Shown: piece by piece, positions 46,565-56,759 of the stretch
How positions within the stretch are numbered: the stretch's first letter is position 1
Layout of the letters: every line of letters starts with the position of its first letter
Origin: Alphaproteobacteria bacterium
GTDB lineage: Bacteria > Pseudomonadota > Alphaproteobacteria > MPNO01 > UBA830
Direction of reading: 5' to 3'
NCBI GenBank assembly: GCA_965243135.1
Contig: OZ251539.1
Coordinates: 3,328,001 to 3,392,000 of the forward strand
DNA length: 64,000 bases
Notes under the pieces: model-generated
The model's database searches: none
What the model was told of the DNA's origin: nothing
Seen by the model: the letters and a program-made list of their open reading frames with translations, nothing else
Position numbers and translations under genes: made by a program

Positions 46565-48244
46565 ATGCGGGATGCCGACCTGATCTTCGTGAACGGCAGG
46601 GTCGTCACGCTCGACCCTGCGAACCGCATCGCGGAGGCGGTCGCCTGCCGGGGCGAACGGATCGCCGCGGTCGGGACGACCCGGGACGTCCGGACCATGG
46701 CCGGCGCCGAAACCAGGGTCGTCGACGCAAAGGGGAGGACGATCGTTCCCGGCCTGATCGACGGTCACGCTCATATGGACCGCGAGGGCCTCAGAGACGT
46801 CTTCCCGTCCCTCGAGGGTTGCCGGTCCGTCCGCGACGTTCTCGACCGCATCCAGGCGCTGGCCGCCGCCGCCGAACCCGGCGAATGGGTGGTCACCATG
46901 CCGGTCGGCGATCCGCCCTACTACTGGAACGTGCCCGGCTGCCTCCGGGAAAACCGGTTCCCGACTCGCCGCGAACTCGACGAGGCGGCGCCCGGCAATC
47001 CGGTCTACATTCGCCCCATCTGGGGCTACTGGCGCCATATCCTGCCGCTTGAGTCGGTCGCCAACACGCGCGCGCTCGAGCTCGCCGGCATCGGCAGGGA
47101 CAGCGTTCCGGAAACCGGCAGCATCTTCTTCGAGCGGGACGGAAAGGGCGAGCTGACCGGACTGATCCGGGAAGAGACGTTCATGCCGGTCGCCGAACTC
47201 GGCTACTTCCATATGGTGCCGCGCTTCACCCGGGGTCACCGGATCGACGGGATCCGGAAGGCGATGGAAATCTACAACGCGACCGGCACGACCAGCGTCC
47301 TGGAAGAACACGGCGCTGCGCAGGAACTGATCGCCGCTTACCGGACAGTCCGCGAGGCGGACGCTTCGACCGTTCGCGCCCATCTCGTCTTCAGCCCGTC
47401 CTGGGGCGCGGCGGAAGACATCGACTATGCGGCCGCGCTGGGCGGCTGGGGCGGTTGGCTCGGCGGACGCGGGCTCGGCGACGACTGGCTCCGGGTCTCG
47501 GGAATGTACACCGGCATCGGCGTCGACGCCGATGCGCGGTTCCGCTCCGCCGCGGCGCCCTATACCGGTTGGTCCGGCTTCAACTACGACCACGGCGTTC
47601 CGGAACGCCGCATGATCGAATTCCTGATCGAGGCGGCTCGCAACGACATCCGCATAGCCGTCATCGGACCGAAGTTCCTCGATCTCTTCGAACAGGTCGA
47701 TCGCCGGACGCCTCTCGCGGGCAAACGGTGGATCGTCGGCCATCTCGACGTGATGGACGAGAGGCGGATCCGGCAGGCGGCGGACCTCGGAGTAGGCATG
47801 ACCACTCACACCAACCGCTACGTCTACAAGCACGGACACATGCTGCGCGAGGAGCTGGGACCGGACGGCGAGAACGACATCGTGCCGCTCCGCAGGCTTC
47901 TCGATGCGGGGGTCAATATCGGGCTCGCCACCGACAACGTGCCGACGACCCTTTTCTATCCCCTCTGGCACGCGGTGTCGCGTCGCAATCTGTTCGCCGA
48001 AGACCGCATCGCGCCCGAACAGGCGCTGACGCGAGAGGAGGCGCTCCGCTGCGCGACGCTGGGCGGCGCCTGGCTGACCTTCGACGAGGACCTCAAGGGA
48101 TCGATCGAAGAAGGAAAGCTCGCCGACATGGCGGCGCTCTCCGCCGACCCGCTGACCTGCGCGGAAGACGAGCTTCGGGATATCGTGGCCGAAACCACCG
48201 TCGTCGGCGGCCGAATCGTATACGAACGGGGGCGCGCTGAATGA
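46565..48244 (+). CDS. Amidohydrolase_3 (YtcJ-like) metal-dependent hydrolase
   Basis: PGLIDGHAH, KGSIEEGKLADM, TVVGG. Confidence 0.85.
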   Translation: MRDADLIFVNGRVVTLDPANRIAEAVACRGERIAAVGTTRDVRTMAGAETRVVDAKGRTIVPGLIDGHAHMDREGLRDVFPSLEGCRSVRDVLDRIQALAAAAEPGEWVVTMPVGDPPYYWNVPGCLRENRFPTRRELDEAAPGNPVYIRPIWGYWRHILPLESVANTRALELAGIGRDSVPETGSIFFERDGKGELTGLIREETFMPVAELGYFHMVPRFTRGHRIDGIRKAMEIYNATGTTSVLEEHGAAQELIAAYRTVREADASTVRAHLVFSPSWGAAEDIDYAAALGGWGGWLGGRGLGDDWLRVSGMYTGIGVDADARFRSAAAPYTGWSGFNYDHGVPERRMIEFLIEAARNDIRIAVIGPKFLDLFEQVDRRTPLAGKRWIVGHLDVMDERRIRQAADLGVGMTTHTNRYVYKHGHMLREELGPDGENDIVPLRRLLDAGVNIGLATDNVPTTLFYPLWHAVSRRNLFAEDRIAPEQALTREEALRCATLGGAWLTFDEDLKGSIEEGKLADMAALSADPLTCAEDELRDIVAETTVVGGRIVYERGRAE

Positions 48245-49329
48245 AAGCCGCCGATCTCGATACCCCGGTCCTGCTGCTGGACGCCGGCGCGCTCCGGCGC
48301 AACATCGCGCGAATGGCTGAAATGGCCGCCTGCCTCCGGCACCGTCCGCACGCCAAGACGCACAAATCGCCGACGATCGCCCGCATGCAGATGGATGCGG
48401 GAGCGGTCGGCATCTGTTGCGCCAAGCTGGGCGAAGCGGAAGTGATGGCGGCGGCGGGGATCGACAACATCCTGATCACCACCCCCGTGATCGGAGAAAG
48501 CAAGATCGGCCGGCTGCTGCTCGCGCGCAACCGGACCGCGGTCGCCGTGGTCGCGGACGACGAAGCCAACGTCGCCATGCTCGGCCGGTCGGCGCAGCTG
48601 GCGGGAACGAGTCTGGACGTGCTGGTGGAAATCGATGTCGGCCAGGGGCGCTGCGGCGTGCCGCCGGGCCCGGAGGCGGTGCGGCTCGCCCGCGCCATCC
48701 AGTCGCAGCCCCGACTGAAATTCGCGGGCATACAGGGCTACCAGGGCCGGATCCAGATGGTCGGCGACGCGGCGGAACGAAGCGCGGAAATCGACGCGGC
48801 GCTCGGTCGGCTGGACGAGACGGCGGCGGCCCTTGCGGCGGCGGGACTGCCGGCCGCCGTCAGGACCGGCGGCGGCACCGGTTCCTCTCCCTTCGACCTC
48901 AAGCGCGAATCGCTGACCGAGATCCAGCCGGGAAGCTACGTGTTCATGGACGCGGCCTATGGCGGCATCGGCTGGCCGGGCGCGGAATCGCCGCCCTTCG
49001 AACAGGCGTTGCATGTCCTGACCGCGATCGTCAGTCGTCCCGTCCCCGGCCGCGCGGTCGCGGACGCCGGGCTGAAGGCGGTAAGCAGCGATCACGGGCC
49101 GCCCCTGATCGTCGACGCGCCGGGCGCGACGTTCGAGTTCGGCGGCGACGAGCACGGCATCATCCGAATGCAGGACGGAAGCGACGTGCCTTTGGCGGTC
49201 GGAGACAAGCTGCGACTCGTTCCCGGGCATTGCGACACCACGGTGAATCTCCACGATCAGTACATGGTGATGGAGGGAGACGACATCGTCGACGTATGGC
49301 CGATCGCGGCTCGGGGCCGTTTTCAATAG
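48241..49329 (+). CDS. DSD1-family PLP enzyme (D-threonine aldolase / D-amino-acid dehydratase-like)
   Basis: RPHAKTHK, GRCG, GGGTG, EIQPGSY, DEHG, PGHCDTTVNL. Confidence 0.9.
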   Translation: MKAADLDTPVLLLDAGALRRNIARMAEMAACLRHRPHAKTHKSPTIARMQMDAGAVGICCAKLGEAEVMAAAGIDNILITTPVIGESKIGRLLLARNRTAVAVVADDEANVAMLGRSAQLAGTSLDVLVEIDVGQGRCGVPPGPEAVRLARAIQSQPRLKFAGIQGYQGRIQMVGDAAERSAEIDAALGRLDETAAALAAAGLPAAVRTGGGTGSSPFDLKRESLTEIQPGSYVFMDAAYGGIGWPGAESPPFEQALHVLTAIVSRPVPGRAVADAGLKAVSSDHGPPLIVDAPGATFEFGGDEHGIIRMQDGSDVPLAVGDKLRLVPGHCDTTVNLHDQYMVMEGDDIVDVWPIAARGRFQ

Positions 49330-49469
49330 GAGGCATTTGCGCTGCGCCATTTTTTTGTCGGTCCGCCGCGCGGTCGCACGCGACGGTGAGTCCTTGCGGC
49401 CTCGCCGCCTCCACTGCGGGGCGCGAGGGCGTCATGCGCCGACATCGGCAAAACCTCGGCGGGCACGGG

Positions 49470-49863
49470 TCACTTCAACTTCAGCAGGGGACTGTCCGGC
49501 GATTCCGGGCGCGGCCCGACCGTGCGATTTGCACAGTCCGCCACCAGGTCCAACGCTTCCAGTACAATCTGGCCGATCAACGGCTCGCTCAAGGGCGGGC
49601 CGACGATGCAGTCGGCGTTCATGAAGCGGTTGCCGATTTGCACCGTCACCGGCCCGGCGACCTGGCGGGTCTCCTCATTGGCGTAGGCCACGACCACCTC
49701 GCGTTGCGTTTCGAGCCCTAGCCGGTCGACGACGTCCTTCGGCAGCACGAGCATGACCGCGCCGGTGTCCACCACGCCCTCCACCGTCGTGCGACGCACC
49801 GTGGCTTCGTCGCGAAGCCCCTGTTTGACGACTCCGCGATCGACGGCGTTTTCCAGTTCCATC
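49470..49863 (-). CDS. Clan AA (retropepsin-like) aspartic protease
   Basis: VDTGA, PLIGQIVLEALDL. The true start is uncertain; similarity seems to extend a few codons upstream (GEIIAS). Confidence 0.8.
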
Positions 49864-50575
49864 GAAGCGATTATCTCGCCCCCCGTTCCTCCGTCAACCG
49901 CCGCAGCCCAAGTTGCCGCAGACGGCCCATTGCTCCGCACGACCAACCCGCCGCCCCGCTACGCCGTGACCGATCGCGCCGGTCGATGTCGAACTTCGCG
50001 ATGAAGTGAACGCAGGGATAGCCGGGGCCGTCCTGAGCGTCCCGCCGCCTTGGAGAAGATCTCCGTGCGCGCCTTCGGCACGTCCGGCGCCCTGTCCGTG
50101 GCAATCAACCGCCTCGCTGTCGATCTTTACGTCCGCCGAAGGATCGTCTTCGTGATCGAAGCCGGGCTTGCCGCTGACGATGTCGGCGAAGCGGATCTTG
50201 AAGGCCGCTTCCTCGCGTACTTGCTGATCGTTCACCTCGAACCTCCGCATGTTGCCTGAACAGCGCATGGGCGACGAAGTCGCGCCCGGCGTCCGCCCGC
50301 TCGAACCGGGGTTCGTTCCGCGGAGGCAATGTAACATGGAACATCGGAGTCTTGGCAAGCGTCCGTGTACAGGTCGGGTTGGCGATGCCCCTTCGGCATC
50401 TTGCGTTCAGCCGGAAAAAATTTCCCGGCGCTCGGCGGAACCTCTCGCGCGCTTGATGAAAAGCTCCCCGTTGCCGCCGAACCGCTTCCCGAAGGAACGC
50501 GGCATCGTTCGACGAACCGCGGATTCGGAGGCGAAGTCGGTTCCACGAAGCATCCTTGCGCATGCGGCAAATGTA

Positions 50576-50612
50576 AGGCATATTCGCCGCAAAAAATGCG
50601 GTGAATATGCCT
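50576..50612. promoter_or_regulatory. 16-bp inverted repeat overlapping the Fic start codon
   Basis: AGGCATATTCGCCGCA-AAAAA-TGCGGTGAATATGCCT (15/16 match). Confidence 0.6.
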
Positions 50613-51746
50613 GTCTGGATACACCAACTTGAAGAGTGGCCGAACCTGATCTGGGATGGTGCCGCCCTGAGCGCAAGGCTTGCCGACGTTCGCCATCGAA
50701 TGGGCCGTCTTCAAGGCCGCACGGAGGCGCTCGGCCTCGACCTCCGGCGAGAGGCGACCCTGAACGCGCTCGCGACGGATATCGTGAGATCCTGGGCGAT
50801 CGAGGGAGAAACGCTCGATCTCGAAGAGGTCCGCTCGTCGATCGCTCGGCGCCTCGGGTTCGCCGCCGCTCTCTCGAGTTCCGCAAGCCGCGATGTCGAG
50901 GGCAGCGTGGAAATGACGCTGGACGCGGTCCAGCGCTACGACGAACCGTTGACGGCCGACCGCCTGTTCGGATGGCATGCGGCGTTGTTTCCCACCGGAC
51001 ATAGCGGCCTGCGCCGCATCGCGGTGGGCGCGTGGCGGCCCGAAAGCGCCGGAAGAATGCAGGTCGTGTCCGGCCCTCTCGGCCGCGAGAAGGTGCATTT
51101 CGAAGCGCCGGAAGCAACGCGGCTGAAAGGCGAGATGTCGGCCTTCCTCGCCTGGTTCGAGAATCCGGGAAGAATCGATCCGGTGCTTCACGCCGGCCTC
51201 GCTCATCTCCGTTTCGTCACCATTCATCCGTTCGAGGACGGCAACGGCCGGATCGCCCGCGCGATCGCCGATATGGCGCTCGCGCGGGCCAACGGTTCCC
51301 GCGAACGCTACTGCGGCATGTCGACGCAGATCGAAGCCGAACGCAACGCCTACTACCGCGAGCTCGAACTTCACCAACGCGGCGGCACGGACGCCACTCC
51401 CTGGCTCAAATGGTTTCTCGACTGCCTTGGGCGAGCGGTCGACGGCGCTGAAGATGCGCTCGCCGCCGTGCTTCACAAGGCGCGCGTGTGGGAACTCGCC
51501 AACCGCCGGTCCGTAAACGGCCGGCAGCGGCTGGTGCTGAACCGAATGCTCGACGGCTGGCGGGGGCGCATGACAAGTTCGAGATACGCCAAACTCGCCA
51601 AATGCTCCGTCGATACGGCCTTGCGAGACATTCAGGATCTGGTCGACGGCGGCGTTCTCGTGCGGAACGCGGCCGGCGGGCGCAGCACGAACTACCGCGT
51701 AGCAGGCCCGGAAGAACTCGACGCCTTTCCGGCGGCGGGCGACTGA
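50607..51746 (+). CDS. Fic family protein (DUF4172 N-terminus, C-terminal HTH)
   Basis: HPFEDGNGRIAR, SWAIEGE, C-terminal DTALRDI...GGRSTNY. Confidence 0.92.
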   Translation: MPVWIHQLEEWPNLIWDGAALSARLADVRHRMGRLQGRTEALGLDLRREATLNALATDIVRSWAIEGETLDLEEVRSSIARRLGFAAALSSSASRDVEGSVEMTLDAVQRYDEPLTADRLFGWHAALFPTGHSGLRRIAVGAWRPESAGRMQVVSGPLGREKVHFEAPEATRLKGEMSAFLAWFENPGRIDPVLHAGLAHLRFVTIHPFEDGNGRIARAIADMALARANGSRERYCGMSTQIEAERNAYYRELELHQRGGTDATPWLKWFLDCLGRAVDGAEDALAAVLHKARVWELANRRSVNGRQRLVLNRMLDGWRGRMTSSRYAKLAKCSVDTALRDIQDLVDGGVLVRNAAGGRSTNYRVAGPEELDAFPAAGD

Positions 51747-51773
51747 GAGGCAAGTTCTCCCGTTGGACCGGCG

Positions 51774-53711
51774 CTACCCGAATAGCAACGACGGATACCA
51801 CATCACCGCGACGACCCGCTCGAACATCACGTAGAGGAACGCAAGGCCGCCCGCCGCGTAGAGCGCCCCGAGCCACAAGCGATAACCGCCCCAGACGACG
51901 ATGTAGACCGCCATGAACAAGGGCAGGGCCACAAGCTGGCCCGCGACCATCGTCGCTGCGCCCGTCCCCGCGAGCCAGAGAAAGAAACCGCCCGCGCTCG
52001 CCAGCGTCCGAGGCGCCAACGGCGCAGCGCCCGAACCGTCGCCCATGAAACGCAACTGCGCCAGAGCCAGGACGCAAAGCGCCAGCCCCGGCAACGCGGT
52101 GACGATCGGAATGCGACCGGAATCGCTCGGCCATGACAATGCCGGGATCAACGCATAGACGAATGCGGCGGCAATCAGCGCCAGCATCAGCAAGGCGATC
52201 CGCGGATCAAGGCTTTCCTCCGTCTGCCTGCGGCTCTCGCGGCGGTCGCGCCGGCTTGCGCGGGCGGCGAACGCCACCGTCAACGCGATGCCTGCCAGAA
52301 TGATCAGCGAAATCGGCCGTTGCGCGAGGCTCGACCAAGTGTATCCCTCGGCCGTGATGTGCAGCGCGTCTTCCATGATCGGGCCGAGTATGAAACCGAG
52401 AACCAGCGGCGGCCGCGGAATGCCGCCCTGCTTCATCAGATAGCCGACGACGCCGAAGACCAGCAGCGACGCCAGATCGCCCGGACTGTTGCTGGCGAGC
52501 CACGCGCCCATGAACACGAACATGCAGACCACCGGCACGATCAGATGACCGCGAACGAAAGTGACCCGGGCGACCTGCCGCCCCCAGATCATCAGCAATA
52601 CCGCTCCGCCGACATTTGCGATCGCCAGCGTCCACATCATGGAGAAAGTGATATGGAGATCCTGGGTGAGCATCTGGGGGCCCGGCTGCAGTCCCTGAAT
52701 CAGCAGGGCGCCGAGAAGGATCGCCATCGATGCGCTGCCCGGAATGCCGAAGGCGACCGTCGGAATCAACGCGCCGCCCTTCATGGCGTTGTTCGCCGTC
52801 TCGGGCGCGATCACGCCGCGAACGTCGCCCTTGCCGAACTGCGACTTGTCCCGCGAGCTCTGGACCACATGCCCGTAGGCGACCCAGTCGACGATGGAGC
52901 CGCCGAGCCCGGGAAGCATCCCGACATACGCTCCGATGACGGTCGATCTCAGAACCAGCCACCAGTGACGCGCCGCATCGCGAACGCCGTCCAGAACGCC
53001 GGCTTTCGCCTGGTCCCGCGCCACGCGGGAAATCGACGTGTCGCGCACCGCGAGTTCGAGCACCTCGGGCAGCGCGAAGAGTCCCAGTACGACGGGAATC
53101 AGCGGGATGCCGTCAAGGAGATAGGTCAGCCCGAACCAGTAACGCGGCGTTCCGCCGGTCACGGAATAGCCGACATACGACAGCAGCAGGCCGAACAGGG
53201 CGGCGATCAATCCCCTGACCATCGAGCCGCCGCTCAGCGACCCCACCATGGTCAATCCGAGCAGTCCCAGCAAAAAGAACTCCGGCTGCGCGAAGGACAG
53301 GATCAGGGGTTTCACGATGGGAATCGAGATCCCGAGAATCGCGGCGCCGAGCAAGCCGCCGACAGCCGAAACGGTGAACGCCGCGCCGAAGGCGCGCGCC
53401 GCCTCCCCGCGCATAGCCATCGGATAACCGTCGAGAATCGTGGCCTGGGAAGCGGCCGTCCCCGGGATGCCGAGCAGAACCGAGGCGACCGTGTCGCTCG
53501 TCGTGGTGACGGCGAACATGCCGAGAAGAAAGGCGAAAGCCGAAACCGGCTCCATCCCGAAGGTGAACGGCAGCAGAATCGCCATGCCGACCAGCCCGGA
53601 CAGACCCGGAACCGCTCCGAAATACAATCCGATCGCCACCCCGAGCGCCAGCCAGCCGAAGGCCGGCCACGCGACCACCGACGCGAGTCCGGCGACGGCG
53701 GCGTCGAACAT
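51774..53711 (-). CDS. tctA: Tripartite tricarboxylate transporter permease TctA, with TctB-like C-terminal extension
   Basis: GAVPGL, GIPGT, DGYPMA, PETANNA, GIPGS, PGP; extra TM segments at the C-terminus. Confidence 0.88.
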   Translation of the reverse strand: MFDAAVAGLASVVAWPAFGWLALGVAIGLYFGAVPGLSGLVGMAILLPFTFGMEPVSAFAFLLGMFAVTTTSDTVASVLLGIPGTAASQATILDGYPMAMRGEAARAFGAAFTVSAVGGLLGAAILGISIPIVKPLILSFAQPEFFLLGLLGLTMVGSLSGGSMVRGLIAALFGLLLSYVGYSVTGGTPRYWFGLTYLLDGIPLIPVVLGLFALPEVLELAVRDTSISRVARDQAKAGVLDGVRDAARHWWLVLRSTVIGAYVGMLPGLGGSIVDWVAYGHVVQSSRDKSQFGKGDVRGVIAPETANNAMKGGALIPTVAFGIPGSASMAILLGALLIQGLQPGPQMLTQDLHITFSMMWTLAIANVGGAVLLMIWGRQVARVTFVRGHLIVPVVCMFVFMGAWLASNSPGDLASLLVFGVVGYLMKQGGIPRPPLVLGFILGPIMEDALHITAEGYTWSSLAQRPISLIILAGIALTVAFAARASRRDRRESRRQTEESLDPRIALLMLALIAAAFVYALIPALSWPSDSGRIPIVTALPGLALCVLALAQLRFMGDGSGAAPLAPRTLASAGGFFLWLAGTGAATMVAGQLVALPLFMAVYIVVWGGYRLWLGALYAAGGLAFLYVMFERVVAVMWYPSLLFG

Positions 53712-53764
53712 TCAGACTCCGCCCCGCGCCCCGGCGCGCCGGAACGCGGGGATCGGCGCCGGGC

Positions 53765-54835
53765 CTACTTGCCGGCCGCCGCGAAGTCCTTCAGGAAGGC
53801 GACAATCTTCGAGTCCACCTTCTTGAGCGAATCGATGTGCTTTTTCGCGCCCGCCGCCTGGATGATCTTCGGCGGCGCCTTGAAGGCGCGCGTATATTCG
53901 GCGACGAACTCCTGGTCGCCGGGAAGCGCCGACCAAGCCGCCCGCAAGTCGGCCAACGCCGCCGCAGGCGTGCCCTTGGGCGCGAACGACCCGCGCAGCA
54001 TGTAGGTGGACAGATTGTTGACGATCTTGAGCGCCTCCCACTTGACGCCGGACGGCTTGCCGCCTTTCGCCTTCGCGTAGAATTCCTGAAAGGTCATGAT
54101 TCCCGCGAGGTCGTCGTACTTGACGTCGCTCCCGTCTTCCGCGACCGGCGCGTAATAGTAAGTGCTCATCGCGATGCCGGGCGCGATGAGGGTCGGTTCG
54201 ACGCGGCCGCGATAATTGGGCACCGAACCGCAGGAATACTGCGTTTCGTTCTGCAAAACGCCCGCCGAGACCTTGGAGAGGCCCCGATATCCCGTGACGT
54301 AGGTGTACTTCGCGCCGAGAAGATCGAGCGCAAGGCGCAATCGCAGGTCGTGGCTCGACGTGTTGCGCATGCCGGCCGCCTTGAAGCCCGAAATCCCGAT
54401 GACGCCGGTCGCCGACTCGAGGCCGCCGCCCGCATCCTTGCGGACGTAGCAGACCTGCGGCTGGCCGACGCCGGCCAGCCATTCGAAATCCGAAAAATCG
54501 GCCCTGAGGCCCGGATCGTCGAGAAGCTGCGACATGACGGGCGGAGTGAAGACGGCGATCGTAAGCCCGTCGGGCTTCGCGACCTCGGCCATGAAGTTGG
54601 AGCCGACGATCCCGCCCGCCCCCGGCCTGTTCTTGACGATCATGCGCGGCTTGCCGGGGATATGCTTGGCGAGATGCTTGGCGATCACGCGGCCTTCCAC
54701 GTCCGTCGGCCCGCCGGCGCCGTAGTTGATCACCACGGTAACGGTCTTGCCCTCGTAGAACTGCGCCTCGCTTGCCGCGGAGCCGAACGCCAGCGCCGCC
54801 GCAAGGGCGAGGCTGCATTTGAAGAACCGGTTCAT
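53765..54835 (-). CDS. tctC: Tripartite tricarboxylate transporter substrate-binding protein
   Basis: Signal peptide, GAGGPTD, NRPGAGG, KPDGLT, GYRG. Confidence 0.85.
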   Translation of the reverse strand: MNRFFKCSLALAAALAFGSAASEAQFYEGKTVTVVINYGAGGPTDVEGRVIAKHLAKHIPGKPRMIVKNRPGAGGIVGSNFMAEVAKPDGLTIAVFTPPVMSQLLDDPGLRADFSDFEWLAGVGQPQVCYVRKDAGGGLESATGVIGISGFKAAGMRNTSSHDLRLRLALDLLGAKYTYVTGYRGLSKVSAGVLQNETQYSCGSVPNYRGRVEPTLIAPGIAMSTYYYAPVAEDGSDVKYDDLAGIMTFQEFYAKAKGGKPSGVKWEALKIVNNLSTYMLRGSFAPKGTPAAALADLRAAWSALPGDQEFVAEYTRAFKAPPKIIQAAGAKKHIDSLKKVDSKIVAFLKDFAAAGK

Positions 54836-54870
54836 TCTCTTCTCCCTTGTCTGCATGAGGTTTTTCCGCC

Positions 54871-55704
54871 TCAGCCTTCCTCTTTCGCCAGCCGGAACGG
54901 CTCGAAGGTAGGTTTGTAGCTCTTTTCGTCGAGAAACTGGCTGAGGCCGGTCTTGTAGGAATCCTCCTCGTCGCCGACCTTGATCGCGGTTCCCTTCTCG
55001 GCGAGGTAGTCGTAGGACTGGCCGAAATCCATCGTACGGACGTTGCGCACCGCCTGTTTGGTGGCGCGCAGCACGCGCGGACTCTTGGCCATCAGTTTTT
55101 CCGCCAGCTCCGTGACCTTCGCCTTCACTTCCCCGGCGGGCACCGCGAAATTGATCATGCCGATGCGCTCGGCCTCCTTGCCGTCGAACGGCTCGCCAAG
55201 GCAACAGTAATACAGCGCGTGGCGCGGCAGGATGGCGTCCGCGACCACCTTGCTGACCAGGGCGCCCGGCAGGATGCCCCAGTTCACCTCCGACAGGCTG
55301 AAAGTCGCGTCTTCCGCGGCCACCGCGAAATCGGTCCCCAGAAGCTGCATGAACGCGCCGCCGACGCAGTAGCCTTCGACCATCGCAATGGTGGGCTTGT
55401 CGAAACTGTAGAGCAACTCCCAGCGCCAGCGATTGGCGGCGCGTTGCGCCTTTTTCCGCCCGAGCGGGTTCGTCTCGTTTTCGCGGAAGAACAGTTTCAG
55501 GTCCTGGCCTGCGGAGAAGTTGCCGCCCGCGCCCGAGATGACGACCACCTTCGCTTCCGGATCGACCTCGAGCCCGGTCAGGGCCGCCTCCATCTCTTCG
55601 TGAAGCTGCGGACTCATCGCATTCCGCTTTTCCGGGCGGTTGAGCTGCACCCACGCGATTCCGTTTTCAAGCTTGACCTTGACGCATTCGAAGTTGTCGT
55701 ACAT
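54871..55704 (-). CDS. p-Hydroxycinnamoyl-CoA hydratase/lyase (crotonase superfamily)
   Basis: LNRPEKRNAMSP, FSAGQDLK.FFRE, LSEVNWGILPG, GLSQFLDEKSYKP. Confidence 0.88.
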   Translation of the reverse strand: MYDNFECVKVKLENGIAWVQLNRPEKRNAMSPQLHEEMEAALTGLEVDPEAKVVVISGAGGNFSAGQDLKLFFRENETNPLGRKKAQRAANRWRWELLYSFDKPTIAMVEGYCVGGAFMQLLGTDFAVAAEDATFSLSEVNWGILPGALVSKVVADAILPRHALYYCCLGEPFDGKEAERIGMINFAVPAGEVKAKVTELAEKLMAKSPRVLRATKQAVRNVRTMDFGQSYDYLAEKGTAIKVGDEEDSYKTGLSQFLDEKSYKPTFEPFRLAKEEG

Positions 55705-56759
55705 CCGGCTCTCCCTCGCCATCCGGCAGTCGTCGATGATCGACAATGTCCTATCGAACGCGCCAAGTCAAAGGCGGCCCGGACGGAGGCGCTTGCGCTG
55801 TGCCATTTTTTTGTCGGCCCGCCGCCCGGCCGCCGCCCCGCGGACCGCTCCGCCCGCCCGCCGACGAGCCCGCAAGGGCCTCGCGGACGTTCAGACTTCA
55901 GAACAAAAAGCGAATATTCGGTTGCCGCGCCGCCGCGCCACAAACCCGGGGCGAGCCAGACCGTGGCCTGAACGCAGGCGGTCAGTCGCGGGGAGGGGGG
56001 CGGTCAGACGACCGCAGCGGTCATCCCGTGTCGCGCAGCCCGACCGGAGCGACCAGCGACCGCCCTGGCGTTCCGCCCGCAGGTGCCCGAGCGCCGTCGC
56101 CATCATGACTACTGTCACGAGGCCGAGCCGCAGGTGCCCGCAGGCCGCGGACATAGTGCTTCTCCATGCGGTAAGCGTTGTCGACCCGGCTGTAGATCCG
56201 CTCCATGGCGGAGCGGCGGTCCGCGCTTCCAGGAGGGGCTGCCCCAGGGGACCGGCGTGAACCCTGTCATGCTTCTCCAGGTCGACGCGGACGATGCGAC
56301 CGTACTCGCCGGCCTGGCACTCGGCGGCCCGGTGGCATTCCTTGCGGCCTGCGCAAGCCAAAGGCCGCCGCCGGGCAACGGTACTTGAGGGTGCCGCACG
56401 CCCCGCGGTCCCTGGAACGCCATGTGCCGCTGGACGTTGGTTTCAGGACATTTGCACAGCACTTCGCCCCTCTCGGTATGGTAGATGTTGTCGTCGAAGA
56501 GCGGGCGGACGATAGGCTTGTCGGGGTCGTAGTCGGGGTCTTTCTTTTCTTCCCGCCACAACAGGCGCGTATCAATCAAGGGGGCCGAACTCGTCCCACA
56601 GCTTCGCCTTGAGCGGCCCGCTGTCGAGCCCCCGGTCCGCGCTGAAGTCCTTGCAGCGCCCGGCCAGCAGCGGCGTTTCCCCGAACAGCCTGTCCAACAT
56701 CGCGTCCAGCTCCCTGGTCTCGGCTCTCGACGCCTGTGTGACGCTGAAGGCCACCGGGA

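Noticed and set aside
49980-50300. Coding-like minus-strand fragments (EEAAFKIRFADIVSGK..., IATDRAPDVPKARTEIF...)
   Set aside because: Frameshifted and not assignable to any family by eye; possibly pseudogene debris.
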